Assembly: GCA_050575255.1 (NCBI GenBank)
Contig: JBNZDD010013718.1
Location: 3,157,098-3,221,097 of the forward strand
DNA length: 64,000 nt
Source: Harriotta raleighana
Lineage: Eukaryota
Direction of reading: 5' to 3'
The position numbers and the translations under genes were made by a program. How positions within the stretch are numbered: the first letter of the stretch is position 1; each line of letters begins with the position of its first letter. Positions 12,306-24,985 of this stretch are shown piece by piece. Under the pieces are notes generated by a model. The model made no database searches, had not been told where the DNA came from, and saw nothing but the letters and a program-made list of their open reading frames with translations.

Positions 12306-13689
12306 TGTAAAACGTTCTTATATTTAGTTGTAATTTGAAAATCGATTTTTCACAGTTCTTAAAAAGAAACCGGCTTCTAAATTAAGGCAGAGTTTAAGAG
12401 TGTTCCACAATCTTGGTCCTTTCTTAAATTTGAAGACAACTTGGTAGTATAGGCTACAACAATGGGAAATTTGGAGACCCACAATTATCCAACTTTGATA
12501 AATCCCCCCAAAATGTTAAATCAAACACAAACAAACTTTCCTTTTTAGCAAATTCAGAACATTTGGTTTGTAAAAAGAAACATGCTGAGGAATAATAAAG
12601 CATAGTTTTTGGCAGCAATGTATTTCTTTGCTTTTTTAGAGCACTGTCAAAAGTTCAAGGCAAAATTTAATTCACTTTTACCAGCCTAGATTTACTTTTG
12701 AAAATACGCTCTCTCCTCTCTGACTGAACTTAGCAAAGTCTATTTAGGTCAGGTTATCATGCTCTTTGTGCATATGAATTATTGATTTTCCAAAAGGAGC
12801 TGCGATTTTATCATGTCTGGTAAGGCATAGAATCTATTTGGTACGTCATGCAAATGAGCAAACAAAACCATGCCAGGGCTGAATCAAGCCAATTCCCAAG
12901 AAACATGGGTTAATGTAGACCTAATCCTTACAGGCCAGTTGCACTGCACATTTTGTATTGATGCAAAAAAAAACAACAACGTGTTGAATTGACTCAGTAT
13001 ATCCACGCTGTAACTGGATTACACTACAGATCTAAGATCAATCTGATTTAACAGAAGCAGGAGATAAGACTCATGCCCTGACTTTATACAAGCTATAGTA
13101 AAACTCTAACCAATGCAAATTGAAACTAAGCAGCTGGCCGTCATGACAGATCTTCACAAACACTAAAAGCATAGCTGGCATTCGGATACATGTTAGGAGA
13201 TCTCTGCATGTGGATGTAATACGCTGCCCTAAGTACATGGTGGTGTAAAACTGATAGTATAACCTGGTGCTGTCAATTTTCACCATTCTGAAGCAAGCAG
13301 TGGCTTCACTCTGACACCTGCAGTAAAACCAGGACATTATTATTCCCCTTTGCTGCTGAGTAAACCTGGTCTTTATTGCAAACCATAATCCAATCTATCT
13401 TGCCTCCGGACCTAGTCCTCGAGCCTAACATTTACCTATGCTGTCTATGTTTCACCCAGAATCTATCTGGTAACTAGTTAATGTCCAAAACATATTCTCA
13501 GTGCAGATTTGACACAAACTGCTTATTCTTATAAAATGCTGTAGTGACAGGAATACTCAAATGAATGGTTGGGAGTCAGACCCATTTTCCTCCTCCCTAA
13601 CAACTTGGTGGACCTTCCAAATTCAGATTAAACTTGTTTCACCAATACTCCAGTTGTATAAATATTTACACTTCTTTCATATTGTGACA

Positions 13690-13811
13690 AATGTACCTAG
13701 AGTAGTATTAACATTGGACTGATTTAATAAATGGTTTGATGAGTGTATTCTGGGAGCACGAGATTGAATAGGCTGAACGTGCTTCTTCATCCAAACCAAT
13801 CTTGTGATCAT
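13690..13811 (+). mobile_element. Old CR1-type LINE 3' end
   Basis: ttggactgatttaataaatggtttgatg...attctgggagcacgagattgaataggctgaacgtgcttcttcatccaaaccaatcttgtgatc aligns with the 19.1 and 60.6 kb copies. Confidence 0.55.
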
Positions 13812-15889
13812 ATTCACACTGGTACACTCACACTCTTATTCACTGCTTCCCTCTCTACAGCCAGAAATTTTGTTGGGGAGGATAAAGTCTGCAATTGGAT
13901 GCCATTGCTGACTTCATCCTGTGAATTAAAAGTCATAAAATGCTGAGACAATCAAAACTTGGCTTAACTACTGGCAAAAATAAATTTTAAAAGTTAGTTT
14001 GGTTTAGATCCAGCCTGATCAAATTAATCTGAGTTGGATTGACTCACATTCCCTGACCTTGTTTTTTTATGGTTTTGGGTGCAGGAACAATCGCTTGCAT
14101 TAGACAAAGCTGAGATTGTACTGTTGACCTGTCAGGTCTGGTTTGAGACAGGCTGATGTGTAACATTTATTGATAAGTTTCATCTGGACTTTAGGTTGGC
14201 TGGAGTCCAATGTGAACTTTAATCATATCTCAGATTGCACTAAACTCCTATGATCATTTCTAATAGATTTAACAAAGTAATGAGTTTGTGATGCTACCTA
14301 TCTGAAATTACAAACATCATTTGGGTTGCAATGGGATAAGCAAAATTAGCGGTATGTTAGAGTTCCAAGAATCATTTGTTATCAGCCTGCAAAATTGTAC
14401 CCCATTAGAGGTTTGTGGACGGAGTGGCAGAAAATTGGAAGTTCATTAGAAAACTGCAGTACTTGCTCAATTCAGTATGGTAATCAAATTGAATCTTTGT
14501 GGTTTTTTTCCTCTTTCACATGAGAATACATTCAAAATGATCTGGTGATTGGTTTGGTAATTTACTTGTTCACTGTTGATTTAGCAAACTTCTCTATCAC
14601 CCCACCCCCCCAAAAAAAAGAAGCAAAATTCAGCTGAAGATGCTCATTCACTGGCTTCCAACGGGGCCGCATGCAGCGCTGCAAGTCTGTATTTCACATC
14701 ATGTACAGCAGGTAATCGCTCTTTCTCCAAGTTAACCCTCCACTTTCAGTGGCAGTGATGGAGAGGTCCTTCTCAGAACCACTCCAGGATAAAATGATAA
14801 GAAGATTACAAGTAAAGCCTGTCTTTACCACTTCCACATCCCCTGTCAGATAGAGCAAGGTAAATTACAGTGTAGGCCGGAATGTATTGATCATGCACTA
14901 TGTCCTCATGTGATGAGATCACACAACCTGGGGTGAAAAGGACTTCACAGGGGATAAGTGCAGTAATCTCAGGGAAGTTTATTTTAACTACTAGGGTTAA
15001 ATGAGTTCAACAGGCAAGGTCTTATATACTCTTGGCAACCAATAGTATAGCACACATTCATTCAGATCCATCTGGTGATAAGGAGACCAGAAGAACGGAT
15101 AGTGTCATCAGGGTGACAGATTCTTAAGAAATTCAGTCTTTCCAACAATAGTGCACATGCTTTGCATTAAGATTTAAATTATACACTTTGTTTAGTATGT
15201 ATGGCTCATTGAGAAATGAAATAAACTACAGGGACATTTAAAGAGACACCGGACTCCATCCTGAAATACGCAAACTTCAAAATTGAGCGTTTTTTCCCCT
15301 TTGGTACTCCGCGCATTTTCCACACCTTCAACATCAAAACGACTGACTCTTCAGCTGCCTTACTGTCATCAATAAATCCCCATGTGATAGCTGCTGATGT
15401 TTCTAATGGTCGTCTAAGTTGTAAACATTAATAGTACAAACATAATAACATTTAAAAATTCTATTCTTTGTGAAGGTTAAGAGCCGAATCTCAGAGAATG
15501 AGATATTAAATACAATACTTTACAATGCCAGCCCCCTGAATTTGTATAATAGCATCATTGGTGTTGACATAGGATCTCCAACGCCACTCTAACTCAAAGC
15601 TAACTCAGGGTCCAAAGTGTCCCTTTTCACCCCAGTGAAAAGACATTGCAAGTTAGTAGGAAGGGTGGCATGATTGGGAGTTCTGCTCTGTTTGATGGTT
15701 TGGCATTATGCCAGGTATATTTATCACAGTAGGATTTTGAAACGCCTGCTTTGTTTTGGCATTGTCTAGTTTATATCTTGAGGTCTTCTTAACCTAAGCA
15801 TGGAGAAACACATACATAGATAAGTTTTTTCTCACCTCTATCTGATTTTATTCCCCCACCCCATAAAAAGACTTTCCAACTCCAACATT

Positions 15890-16080
15890 CAAGTGCTTCC
15901 AATCAGATAACAATCTAGTTCCTTCTTGAAGGAATTAATTGACACAAGTTCAACTAAAACTGTTTTGTGGAGCTCTTTCACAAGGCTACTACTTTGTGGT
16001 CAAATAAGAATCTGTCCTTATCTCTGTATTTGCTCAAAACAAGTTCATTTTGAATGCATGCCCTTTGGTTTAGCATTCAC
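15890..16080 (-). mobile_element. CR1-type LINE ORF2 C-terminal fragment
   Basis: Minus strand gives TKGHAFKM...FLFDHKVVAL*...INSFKKELDCYL, matching the CR1 motifs TRGH / FFxxRVVxxWN / SFKxxLD. Confidence 0.65.
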
Positions 16081-17869
16081 AATCCAAATCAAATAGCATG
16101 CAAAGATCGGCATCATTATTGCTTCTCAGCATGTAAAGATCTGAATCATAGTATTCCTCGGTTGTACTAAGAGCTTAAATCACGACATCAGTTTTGAAAC
16201 AGACCATTTGTTCTTCAATCATATTGCATAAAATAAAAATGACAATGACATGTTTTGTATAGTTGTTGGAGTGTTGGAGAATTTCTAGCACCTCTACACA
16301 GCTGTGAACCACGCTGTACTTCAAAATCTGTAAAGTTGTCTGTGCATATATTAGAATTGATACAACAATTTGCAGGCAACTGTTGATCTCAATGTGTAGC
16401 TATTCTTTTACACTCTGTGATGTCTACAACAAAAGGCAATTGTAGGTTTCATGAGGTTTGAAGCAAACCAGATCATCTCTCTTCCTTCAACTACCGAACC
16501 GATCTTTGCTTTAGAAGGCCTGGCACATGCAATCCATCAGCAATCACTTTAAACACACGTTAAACTGCAAAGCAATTAAGGAAGGGGGTAGAGAAATTAG
16601 AATGATTCTTTGCTACAAACAATACTGTTAAATACTCATTTTGTTTTAAACGCCTCTGTTTAATTGGTAGGAGGCTGTACAGTGTAATCATTGTCAAACT
16701 ACAGTACTTGGAGATTAAATGACTACTGTATTGGCAGGACCGATACAATCTTTGTTAGGTGAAGGTACCTGGACCAAGCCCCCAAACACTAGGCGGAAAG
16801 GAGAAATGATCAGTTTCCATAATATCCCACCACTTGACATTCCTCAGTGCTGATTTGCACTGTTGGTGAAAACAATCATTGTTAAACTAAAATAATAGGA
16901 ATATGTTTGCTAGCCCCCTCTCATCCACTTTGTGGCAATGGAGTCCATACTTCAGCAGAATGAAATTCCATTGATTTGATACTTTTATAGGCAAAATTGT
17001 ATGTCTGCTTTCCCTTTTAGTGCAGGCTACCCAATCTACTGTGTTAGGGTTGGTGACATGAACAAGAGCAGAGGTATAAATATTTATATATTGCTATAGT
17101 TTCTTTCGCACTGTAAGAGGAGAAGGAGAGATATCCAAAAATTGGATGTTAGCAGATTTACCATTAGTCACCGCTACCTGCTAACAAGTAAATCTTTTCA
17201 ATTACTCCACTGCAATTGCAGGACATAGATATTAGAGAGATTTCACCCATATGCCTAGACCTGGATTTCAATCCATGTTCCAAGGGTAAAACCATATTGT
17301 TCTGTCACTTTTGCATCTCTTTTGAGCTTTCTCTCCTATTTTTCGGTGGATTTTTTTTACCACTCACAAACTGGATGTCAGTGACTTTGTTGATGTTCCC
17401 AACCTCCTCCCTGGTGAAAATGTTAATATATTTTAAAAAAAAGTAAAACCCATTCAGAAACTTGCCAGTACACTGTAGAAATAAGATGTTGAATTATACA
17501 GCACTGTGCATTAAAGGTCAAATGATAGGTCATGGCTATTATAGGTCAGGGAGAGATTTTTTTTTATAAGGCTCTGAGTGAGTGTTGAAACCTGGGAAAT
17601 ATATCCATTTACAATCAGTTTCAACGGAGATTAATCAATCTGACAATCTGGTACATTGTCAAACACAGAGCAGCGTTTACACCACCAAGCTCTATCTGAT
17701 TCCCTGCAGATCATGCTGTGAATCCGCCTCTGGAAGTTGGCAAGATAAAAAAAACTGTCAGTAACATTCATCAGGGATTTGTAGAGATAAAACAATGTAC
17801 ATAGAACTCATAATTCTTCCTTCCAGTGATGATGCTTCAAGTGTGTTACTGTGGTAACAGCATTCCATT

Positions 17870-18070
17870 TCTTCATTTCTATTGATTTTCCTTTTCATCC
17901 TCATGCTTTCTCTTTCCTATTTTCTCTCTCTCTTCCTTTATTGTCTTTCTCATTCCTTCCTCCCATTTTTCCTCACGCCCTTTCCCCATTTCACACAGCG
18001 TTTCCATTTCCCTCCCACTCCTCATTGGGTTGACCTGCCTGTTATTCCTTCTCTCTCTTTCCATCTCTAG
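17870..18070. repeat. Pyrimidine-rich low-complexity tract
   Basis: About 200 bp dominated by C/T. It accounts for the three overlapping F/L/S/P-rich or E/K/R-rich ORFs here. Confidence 0.8.
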
Positions 18071-18994
18071 CTTCACCGAATGAAGGAAGTTCTGAAAACC
18101 CTTCTGTTAAGTGCAACACTTTATTTGACAGATAACAAGCTAATTGTTTCATGAACTGCGGCTATTGATTTCTGTTTCATGTAGAGCCAAACAAAGAAAA
18201 TACATTTATGCTAAGAGAAATGAATTATGAGCTTTCATGCTAAAACTAGCACAGAGTATTGGTGATTCCAAAACCTGGCAGTCAATCTAAACCTCTGTAA
18301 TAATACAATAACTTTAATAAGCTTGCAATGACCCTCTCTGCTACATGTTAAAAGGATTGAACTTATTTTACCATGAGTGATGAAGTGTGGACTTAGAACG
18401 TAATTTTTTGCAGTATTTCTATTGGTTTTCTGATATGCTTTGCTGTAAAACCAGTCTTTGTTAATTGAGCTGTTTTTTCATCTCGATAAACAGTCATATA
18501 TCATGATAATAATGTATTGGCCTCAGCCACAAGGATGCAATAATTATAAAATGTTGTGATCAGTAAATCATCAATCAAAATCACATTTTACATGCATAAA
18601 GTTTTACTGAAAGTAGTTACGCTTTGTAGTCTGGTGCTGCTTTATAGCACACGTTGGCTGGGAAAAAGTCTTCAAAGTAGTTTTAATGAATGCAGTGCTT
18701 GAGAAGGATCCACTGTAATGTGATTTAATCTGCTGCAGTTTAAGTGATATTCCCGTTCAAATACGAGTCTGGCTAAGGCACTCCAACGCTAAACGTTACG
18801 CACAATGGAAGAATTGGTTTTAATTAAGTGGAAACATTAGATACTGACCATGGCTTTTCTGTAGCAAACTATAAATACACACTTAAGTGTGAAGTGCCTC
18901 CCAACACAAAAGGCATTATATGTACCTATATATAGATATTGCGCAAGGCAAGAGGGCAAAGCTTCAGTGTAGCATATTGAAGCTTCAAGACAGA

Positions 18995-19161
18995 TACGTG
19001 GTAATGAATGACTAGAATGGGAAGGGTCATTGCCGTGAGGATAGTGGACTCATTTAAGAAACAATTTGATACTGTGATGGGAGGATGGTAAGATAGGCAT
19101 TCTGGAACGATGAGATCAAATAGGCCTAAAGGTCTTCCTCATTCAAACCATTTTTGTGATC
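18995..19161 (+). mobile_element. Old CR1-type LINE 3' end
   Basis: gactcatttaagaaacaatttgat (DSFKKQFD), then cattctggaacgatgagatcaaataggcctaaaggtcttcctcattcaaaccatttttgtgatc. Confidence 0.65.
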
Positions 19162-19862
19162 CACTCTATTAAGTATTCTGAGACTGTAACCCTCTGTGAA
19201 CGGTGATATATAAACACAAGTTGTTCTTATTGTTGATTTGCACTGTTAGGTCATTTGTGAGACTTCGGCGAAAGTTAGGCCAAGAGCCTGAATGTCTTGC
19301 AATCATTTTGTTGTGGTGCTGGTAATCGGTAATTTTGTCAGGAAACAGATGCAAATGAGTCATCACTTTTGAATGACTTGAACAGTTTATCAATACTTTG
19401 GTGGATGTAGGAATGGCAGATACAGTATTTTAAATTAAGTACATTTAAAGAAAAAAAAGGTAATTTTTCAAGGATGAACCTAAGCAAAAGTGTGATGTTG
19501 AAAATCAGCATTAGGATATGCACTGAAACACTGGGTTATGCAGATGGGAATAATGGTGCAGGTTATCGGAGATTGTGACCCAAACTATTGTACAGAAGGT
19601 TGCTTGTTCACCTTTGAAACTGGATGATAATGAAAAGCTGTTTTAGGCAGCAATTTTTGGCAATATGAGGATCATTAAGAGGATGACAGTAAGAATAATT
19701 ATAATAATCTGCCACTTTGGGAGGACGCCTCAAAACTCTTCACAGGATATACTGGAAAGTATTAAAGCTGAGTGTTTTCTAGACCAACCTAGACCTATAC
19801 CAATGTCACGTTGACATACCAGAATTTTTACACCAAATGAATTGGTGAAATATATTGCCCAA

Positions 19863-19864
<2 letters not shown>

Positions 19865-19899
<35 letters not shown>

Positions 19900-19932
19900 G
19901 CACACACAAACAGAATCTTTCTACATACTGTN

Positions 19933-19966
<34 letters not shown>

Positions 19967-19991
19967 CAAACAGAATCTTTCTACATACTGT
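19865..19991. repeat. (CA)n microsatellite duplicated across a single-N gap
   Basis: (CA)n-aacagaatctttctacatactgt occurs on both sides of the N at 19932, with different CA run lengths and an aag/acg difference. Confidence 0.9.
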
Positions 19992-22920
19992 ATATTCAAA
20001 ATATGTGATTACTATGCAAGTTCTTTTAGAGCCCCAGAAGAAAAACAATTGTCACAGGGCATTTGATTAGAAATGTTTTAATCGGTTATCCCAGTAAATC
20101 TGAGTAAAGTAAAGCTTTTACTCATAAACACACTAATGGAAATATTGCCTCTTTAACACTTGAAATTTACCTTAAAAGGTCAAGTTTCTCGACAGATCCA
20201 AACAATATACATAAACGGAAAATCGCAAAGTGGATTTTTTGTTTGAGTTGTTTACTGTCCTGTCTTGAAAGAAAATCCTTTAGCTGTCAGTTGTTTTTGT
20301 TAAATTTTCCCCAATAAAAAGCCCAGGCAGGATTTATTAGGTACTCAAGGCACACATTTAGTTTTTGGCCAGTTATTAAGTGAAAATCAATACAAAGCAA
20401 GAAAATGGAAGTTGTACAGCTGTTAGCGTGCTGTTGTTTCCCAGATATTATGTCGCCTGTCTCGTAGATTCATGACAAACGAAAGCTGTTGGAAAAGAAC
20501 TTTTGCTTACATTGCAGGACCAAAGTGGGGTTATTCATTAGCAAGGCGACACGCCAGATAGATTTCTCCAGCTCTTTCCATTTGTCTTTAAAACGCTGGG
20601 TTCTCGAGAAAAGGCACGCTGCTAAAATGTGATATCAATGTCAGTTTTATGTATCTAGATCAGGATTTATGGTTGTTTCTTTCTGCAGACCTTTCTTTTT
20701 TTCAAGAAATGCTTCACATGAAAAAAAAGATATCTATATCCTCATCTCAAGTCCCCATCCAACCACTGTTTATTTGGTCAGATTTACTACCAGACTGGAG
20801 ACTGCACTATTTCCCCTGCCGTGTCAAGTCCTTACACAAAATTCATGAGTAGCAAACTATTTTATGTACAGTACTGGAGACGCTTGGTTATCCAGATACA
20901 ATTATCGTCTCTAATTGCTTTGTAACATTAACTTCAATAAAAGGGACTATGGCTGCACATTCTTTAAGGGTCATTTCCTTACACAACATTTCAAAGTGAC
21001 ACCACCAATTCCTATAAGATTAAGAATGCCTAGCCCAAGAGAAATTCATCCTTTTACTTTCATCTCTCCTTTGACTGGTAGGGTACAAAATATATTTCCC
21101 TGTCTTGTAGCATGACTGCAGGATTGGCCTAGCCGAGTTAATGGGAAGCTCAATGATTCTGGGCAGAGTGCAATGTCTATCTACAAATCTCTTTACCTTG
21201 CACTCTCCCCTCTCAACGTCCCAGAAAATTCCTACCACTTTGTGCCTTTGGTCATGTCTCTCCCAGACCACCATCGTACTCTGTCTCCCATACCATCATT
21301 GAAAAGCTCTTTGAGATGTTCATTTAGGTAAAAGGTTCTTTCTGCATGCAAGGTGTTGTGTGTTCTTCCCGTTTGAGAGATAGCAGAGATCAATTTCCCT
21401 TAGTGTAACCTGCTCAGCGGAAATGGTAACAATTGGATTTTGCCCTAAGACTGACACCAGGCATAGGTCAAGTGAACTCATCCACTGCACATCTGGAGCA
21501 GAAAAGACTTGAAATAAAATTTCATTCAAAACGGCAATTAAATTCCAAAGAAGCTTAAAGCTTCTTGCTTTCAAGGCATGGGGGTTGGGCGATTCTGAGG
21601 CAGAGCACATTTGCAAAAGGATTTACGGAGAGTGAATTAGTTTTATAAAATGGTAGGACACTCTGCTGCCATAGATTTAGATTTAACAAGCAGATACTGC
21701 GTGATCTGTGCATGGAGTGTAAGAGGATTTGGAGTGTCAAGCCCCTAGGAGTTTTGTCTTACTCGTACCAGTGAAGGTGACAATAGCTGTTCCCCTCTGT
21801 GCTGCGGTTACCTTTCGGGTCCCTCCAGACACCTTGGCCCTGAAGCAAAGCCAAAATCATGTTTTGTTACTTTTGCATTGCTGAGGAGAGTTGTATCCAA
21901 GGACAACAGCTGAGAACAAAATAAGAGTTTTTTTTCAGGATTTCCTAACATTCTGGGAACCGTCAAATAGACTGCATGTTCCTCTGGGTACTTCCATTAT
22001 TGACACGTTTACTGAAAGCTTGTTTTTCCCAGAAAGTGCCGAGTCGTATATAACAACTTGTACTTATATAGGATCAGAATGTCGTCAGCAGCCGGCTTGC
22101 CAATTCCTCAGCTCTATCAATTCTTATTATGCAGTTGTTTGAAATTACATCTTCCACTGGTGCTTGGGACAGTTTTCCAAGTACCCATCTTGCCTTCTTG
22201 GCCTTTTGTCACCATTTCTTGAGCTGATTTATATTTAGCTTCACCAGGTTTACAGGTGAATAAATTGGGATCTAACGTCAGATTCACAACATCTCACCCA
22301 ACATCTTCTGTGAGAGCACATAGGAAGCTCCAGATCAGCCTACCTCCTGGTTCATCCTGTGCCACTGTTGGCAGGAAGAAAGAATTATAGGGGTGTGTCA
22401 CATATTTAATCTTTACTAAGCATCGCACCAAATGTTTGTTTAGAGGAATCGTGATTTGACCAGCTTCAAAGGCCTATTTTGAGTGGCTATTTTGAAAGGC
22501 TGGCACAGGAGCTGCTATTGATTAGAACATTCTATAATGTACTGTCCTTCCTCATCATCTGTTTGGATCGGCGACTTTCTGCTCTTTCTCTTTTTGTGTC
22601 ATTTCATGAAATGTTTATGTTACCCAGGTCTGTGTGAGAAGCTCACTTCCCATTTCCTCCTAAATGGTCAGCTGATTTGACCTCCTATTTAACCTGAGCT
22701 TTTGCAAATTCTCTCTTTCTGCAGTTAGCTTAATTTATACATTTTGTCCTATATCTGAAATAACAAGACAGTAAGTTGGCTCATGCAAATTTTCTGACAG
22801 TTTCCCTTTTCTGGAGCCTTTTATAAAGTTGTGATAGCCATCTTTGAAGCCTGTCTTAATAGCTAAACATCTTTTTTCTCAAATCTTCCGCTCACCCAAT
22901 TATATTTGGATTGCGGCTTA

Positions 22921-23212
22921 GTGTCTCCAAGTGCTTCAGAAAGTTTCCAGAAAGTGTAATGACTGTGCAATTTGTGGTGAATGTAGCAGCCAATTTGCAC
23001 TCAGCAACATACCACGAGCAGCATTGAAGTGCCAAATGGCCAATTTTATCTTGGGGTTTGTTGGCCAGGACACCCGGAGAAACTCCTTTCTCTTTTTCAA
23101 CAGAACCATGGGATCTTTGGCATCTACCTGAAACAGACAGAGAGGCCCTCGGCTGAACAGTTCATCCAAAGGACAGTGCCTCCGACAATGCAGCGCTTTC
23201 GCTGTATTGCGC
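22921..23212 (-). mobile_element. Deu-domain SINE
   Basis: gttggccaggacacccggagaaactcc...ccatgggatctttggcatctacctgaaacagacagagaggccctcgg...catccaaaggacagtgcctccgacaatgcagc is the reverse complement of the Deu core. Confidence 0.9.
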
Positions 23213-23340
23213 GGTTCGAATGAGTCTCAAAAACATCACAGTGGTGAGAACAAATAATTTATAGTGACAAATATTTGCCTACTGCATTGGAAAACAATAG
23301 AAAAAGGGACCTCAGCAAAAAAAATATATATCTCAATCCA

Positions 23341-23473
23341 TGACTGTTTGTGGAACCCTGCATGCGCCACGTTTTATCCACAAAAAATGCAATCGATTCA
23401 CTTTACAGTATTTACTGTGAAGCACTTTGAGATGTCTAGAAGACTTGAAAAGTGCTATATCAAATGCGATTAT
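23341..23473 (+). mobile_element. Deu-SINE 3' fragment with tail
   Basis: ttcactttacagtatttactgtgaagcactttgagatgtctagaagacttgaaaagtgctatatcaaatgc. Confidence 0.85.
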
Positions 23474-23599
23474 GTGATGTTGTCGCTTTACATTGAAAAC
23501 ATGAAAGCACTTAATTGTCGTCAAATCTAATGACTTCATTGACAGACAAGCAACGTGATTTCCCAACTCTTCCCTGCATCTGCCTGTTCCACTATTGGC

Positions 23600-23862
23600 A
23601 GTTTACCTTAAGCTTTTCTGTTCCCAACCTCTGGAATGATATCCCAAAGCCCCTCTACCTTGCCCTCCCACTTGCCTCCAAGGCCCTTCTCAAGATCTAC
23701 TTTTTCAACCATGCCTTCAGCTATCTTCCCTCCTTTATCCCCCTTACCCTCCACCCCTCTCTGATCCCAATCTGCATCGCAAATTGCAAATTGCTCATTG
23801 TCCAGCACCTTGGGATGTTCTCCCAAAGTGAAAGGCGCTAAATAAATACAATTTGTTGTTCT
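23600..23862 (+). mobile_element. L2 LINE 3' end
   Basis: Encodes FSVPNLWNDIPKPLYLA...KALLKIYFFNHAF (L2 ORF2 end), then a C/T-rich UTR and the tail cagcaccttgggatgttctcccaaagtgaaaggcgctaaataaat. Confidence 0.9.
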
Positions 23863-24877
23863 TATTGCTGATTACTCATTGGTCTGGTTTACATCAGTGG
23901 AATTTACTCTCAACATTGAGTTTATATGAAGTCGTTTCATTTTGTTTGTTACAGTTGTACATCAATGTTCTTGGCGTGTATTGTTGATTGCTTAAGCATG
24001 TTTAACATCTTGGTTGAAAACAGATCTTAATTATGTTACATAACTGCTGTTGGATGCTTTTGCAAACAAGCCCCTTGGCCACATGTTGGTAATGTGTTCC
24101 ATGCAATTCTATTCCTCTCTAAGTTTCAACGTTGTATACATAAGCCATCTGATTTACTACATTTTGTGCATTAATTGAATTCTATTGAAAATTAAGTTCA
24201 CCAAAACCATCATTAGCTTTTAAAGCATCAGGTATTGACATCTCTGATTTCATGTGGAATCAAAGCTTATTTCTAATGAAGGTTTTTACACACTAACTCA
24301 TGCAAAAATTCTATTTCACCTTGGCAAACAAAATGAGACGGATGAGTAGTTAGATGAATACAGGTCTTAAAACAAAAGTAAAACACAAGAATTCATGTGA
24401 ATTTTTGCTTTATTTGCTACACTGCTTTGCTTAAAGCAAAACCCATAAAGCATTTCATGCATTTTGTTACCATATATCGCTACTCCTTCCTTGCCACTGG
24501 GCACAAATCCTAAAGCTCTCTCTTTAAAGAGAAGGTCCCACCAATATTTTATCTGAAAACTAAATGCTGGCCCTGTGAGAAATGCTCAACGTCCTGAGAA
24601 AGAGTTTAAGCAACTAAATCTAATGTTTTCTAATATAAATTGTATCACGTATAAATGGCGGTGTGGATTTGAGATGCATTTAGGTTTCACTCTGTCATGG
24701 AACCATCAATTGGTCTTTGAAGCACTGTGTAACGTGTATCCCAAATAAGAGAAGGACTCCCAGGGTTCCCAGTAACTCCCCTATATTGCTGTAAGGAATT
24801 AATCCGTTCACCAATTAAAAAATTAGAAAGCACTTATTTTACCTCACCCCATCCACCAAACATAAGAGGCTCCCACC

Positions 24878-24985
24878 TTGCTTCCAAGGCCCATCTACCT
24901 TGATCTACCAAGATCTACCTTTTCAACCGTGCCTTCAGCCATCTTCCCTCTTTTATCCCCCTTATCTTTTACCCTCCACCCCATA
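24878..24985 (+). mobile_element. L2 3' fragment
   Basis: caagatctaccttttcaaccgtgccttcagccatcttccctcttttatcccc is closely similar to 23691-23745. Confidence 0.75.

Noticed and set aside
12850-14250. Short imperfect inverted repeats suggesting a decayed DNA transposon (e.g. 13320-13380)
   Set aside because: I could not define terminal inverted repeats, a target-site duplication or transposase similarity.
14634-14711. Exon-like stretch ending CAG|GTAATC
   Set aside because: The upstream AG is preceded by an A-rich rather than pyrimidine-rich tract, and the peptide is unrecognised.
19730-20070. VCVCVC / THTHTH ORFs
   Set aside because: Translations of the CA microsatellite across an assembly gap.
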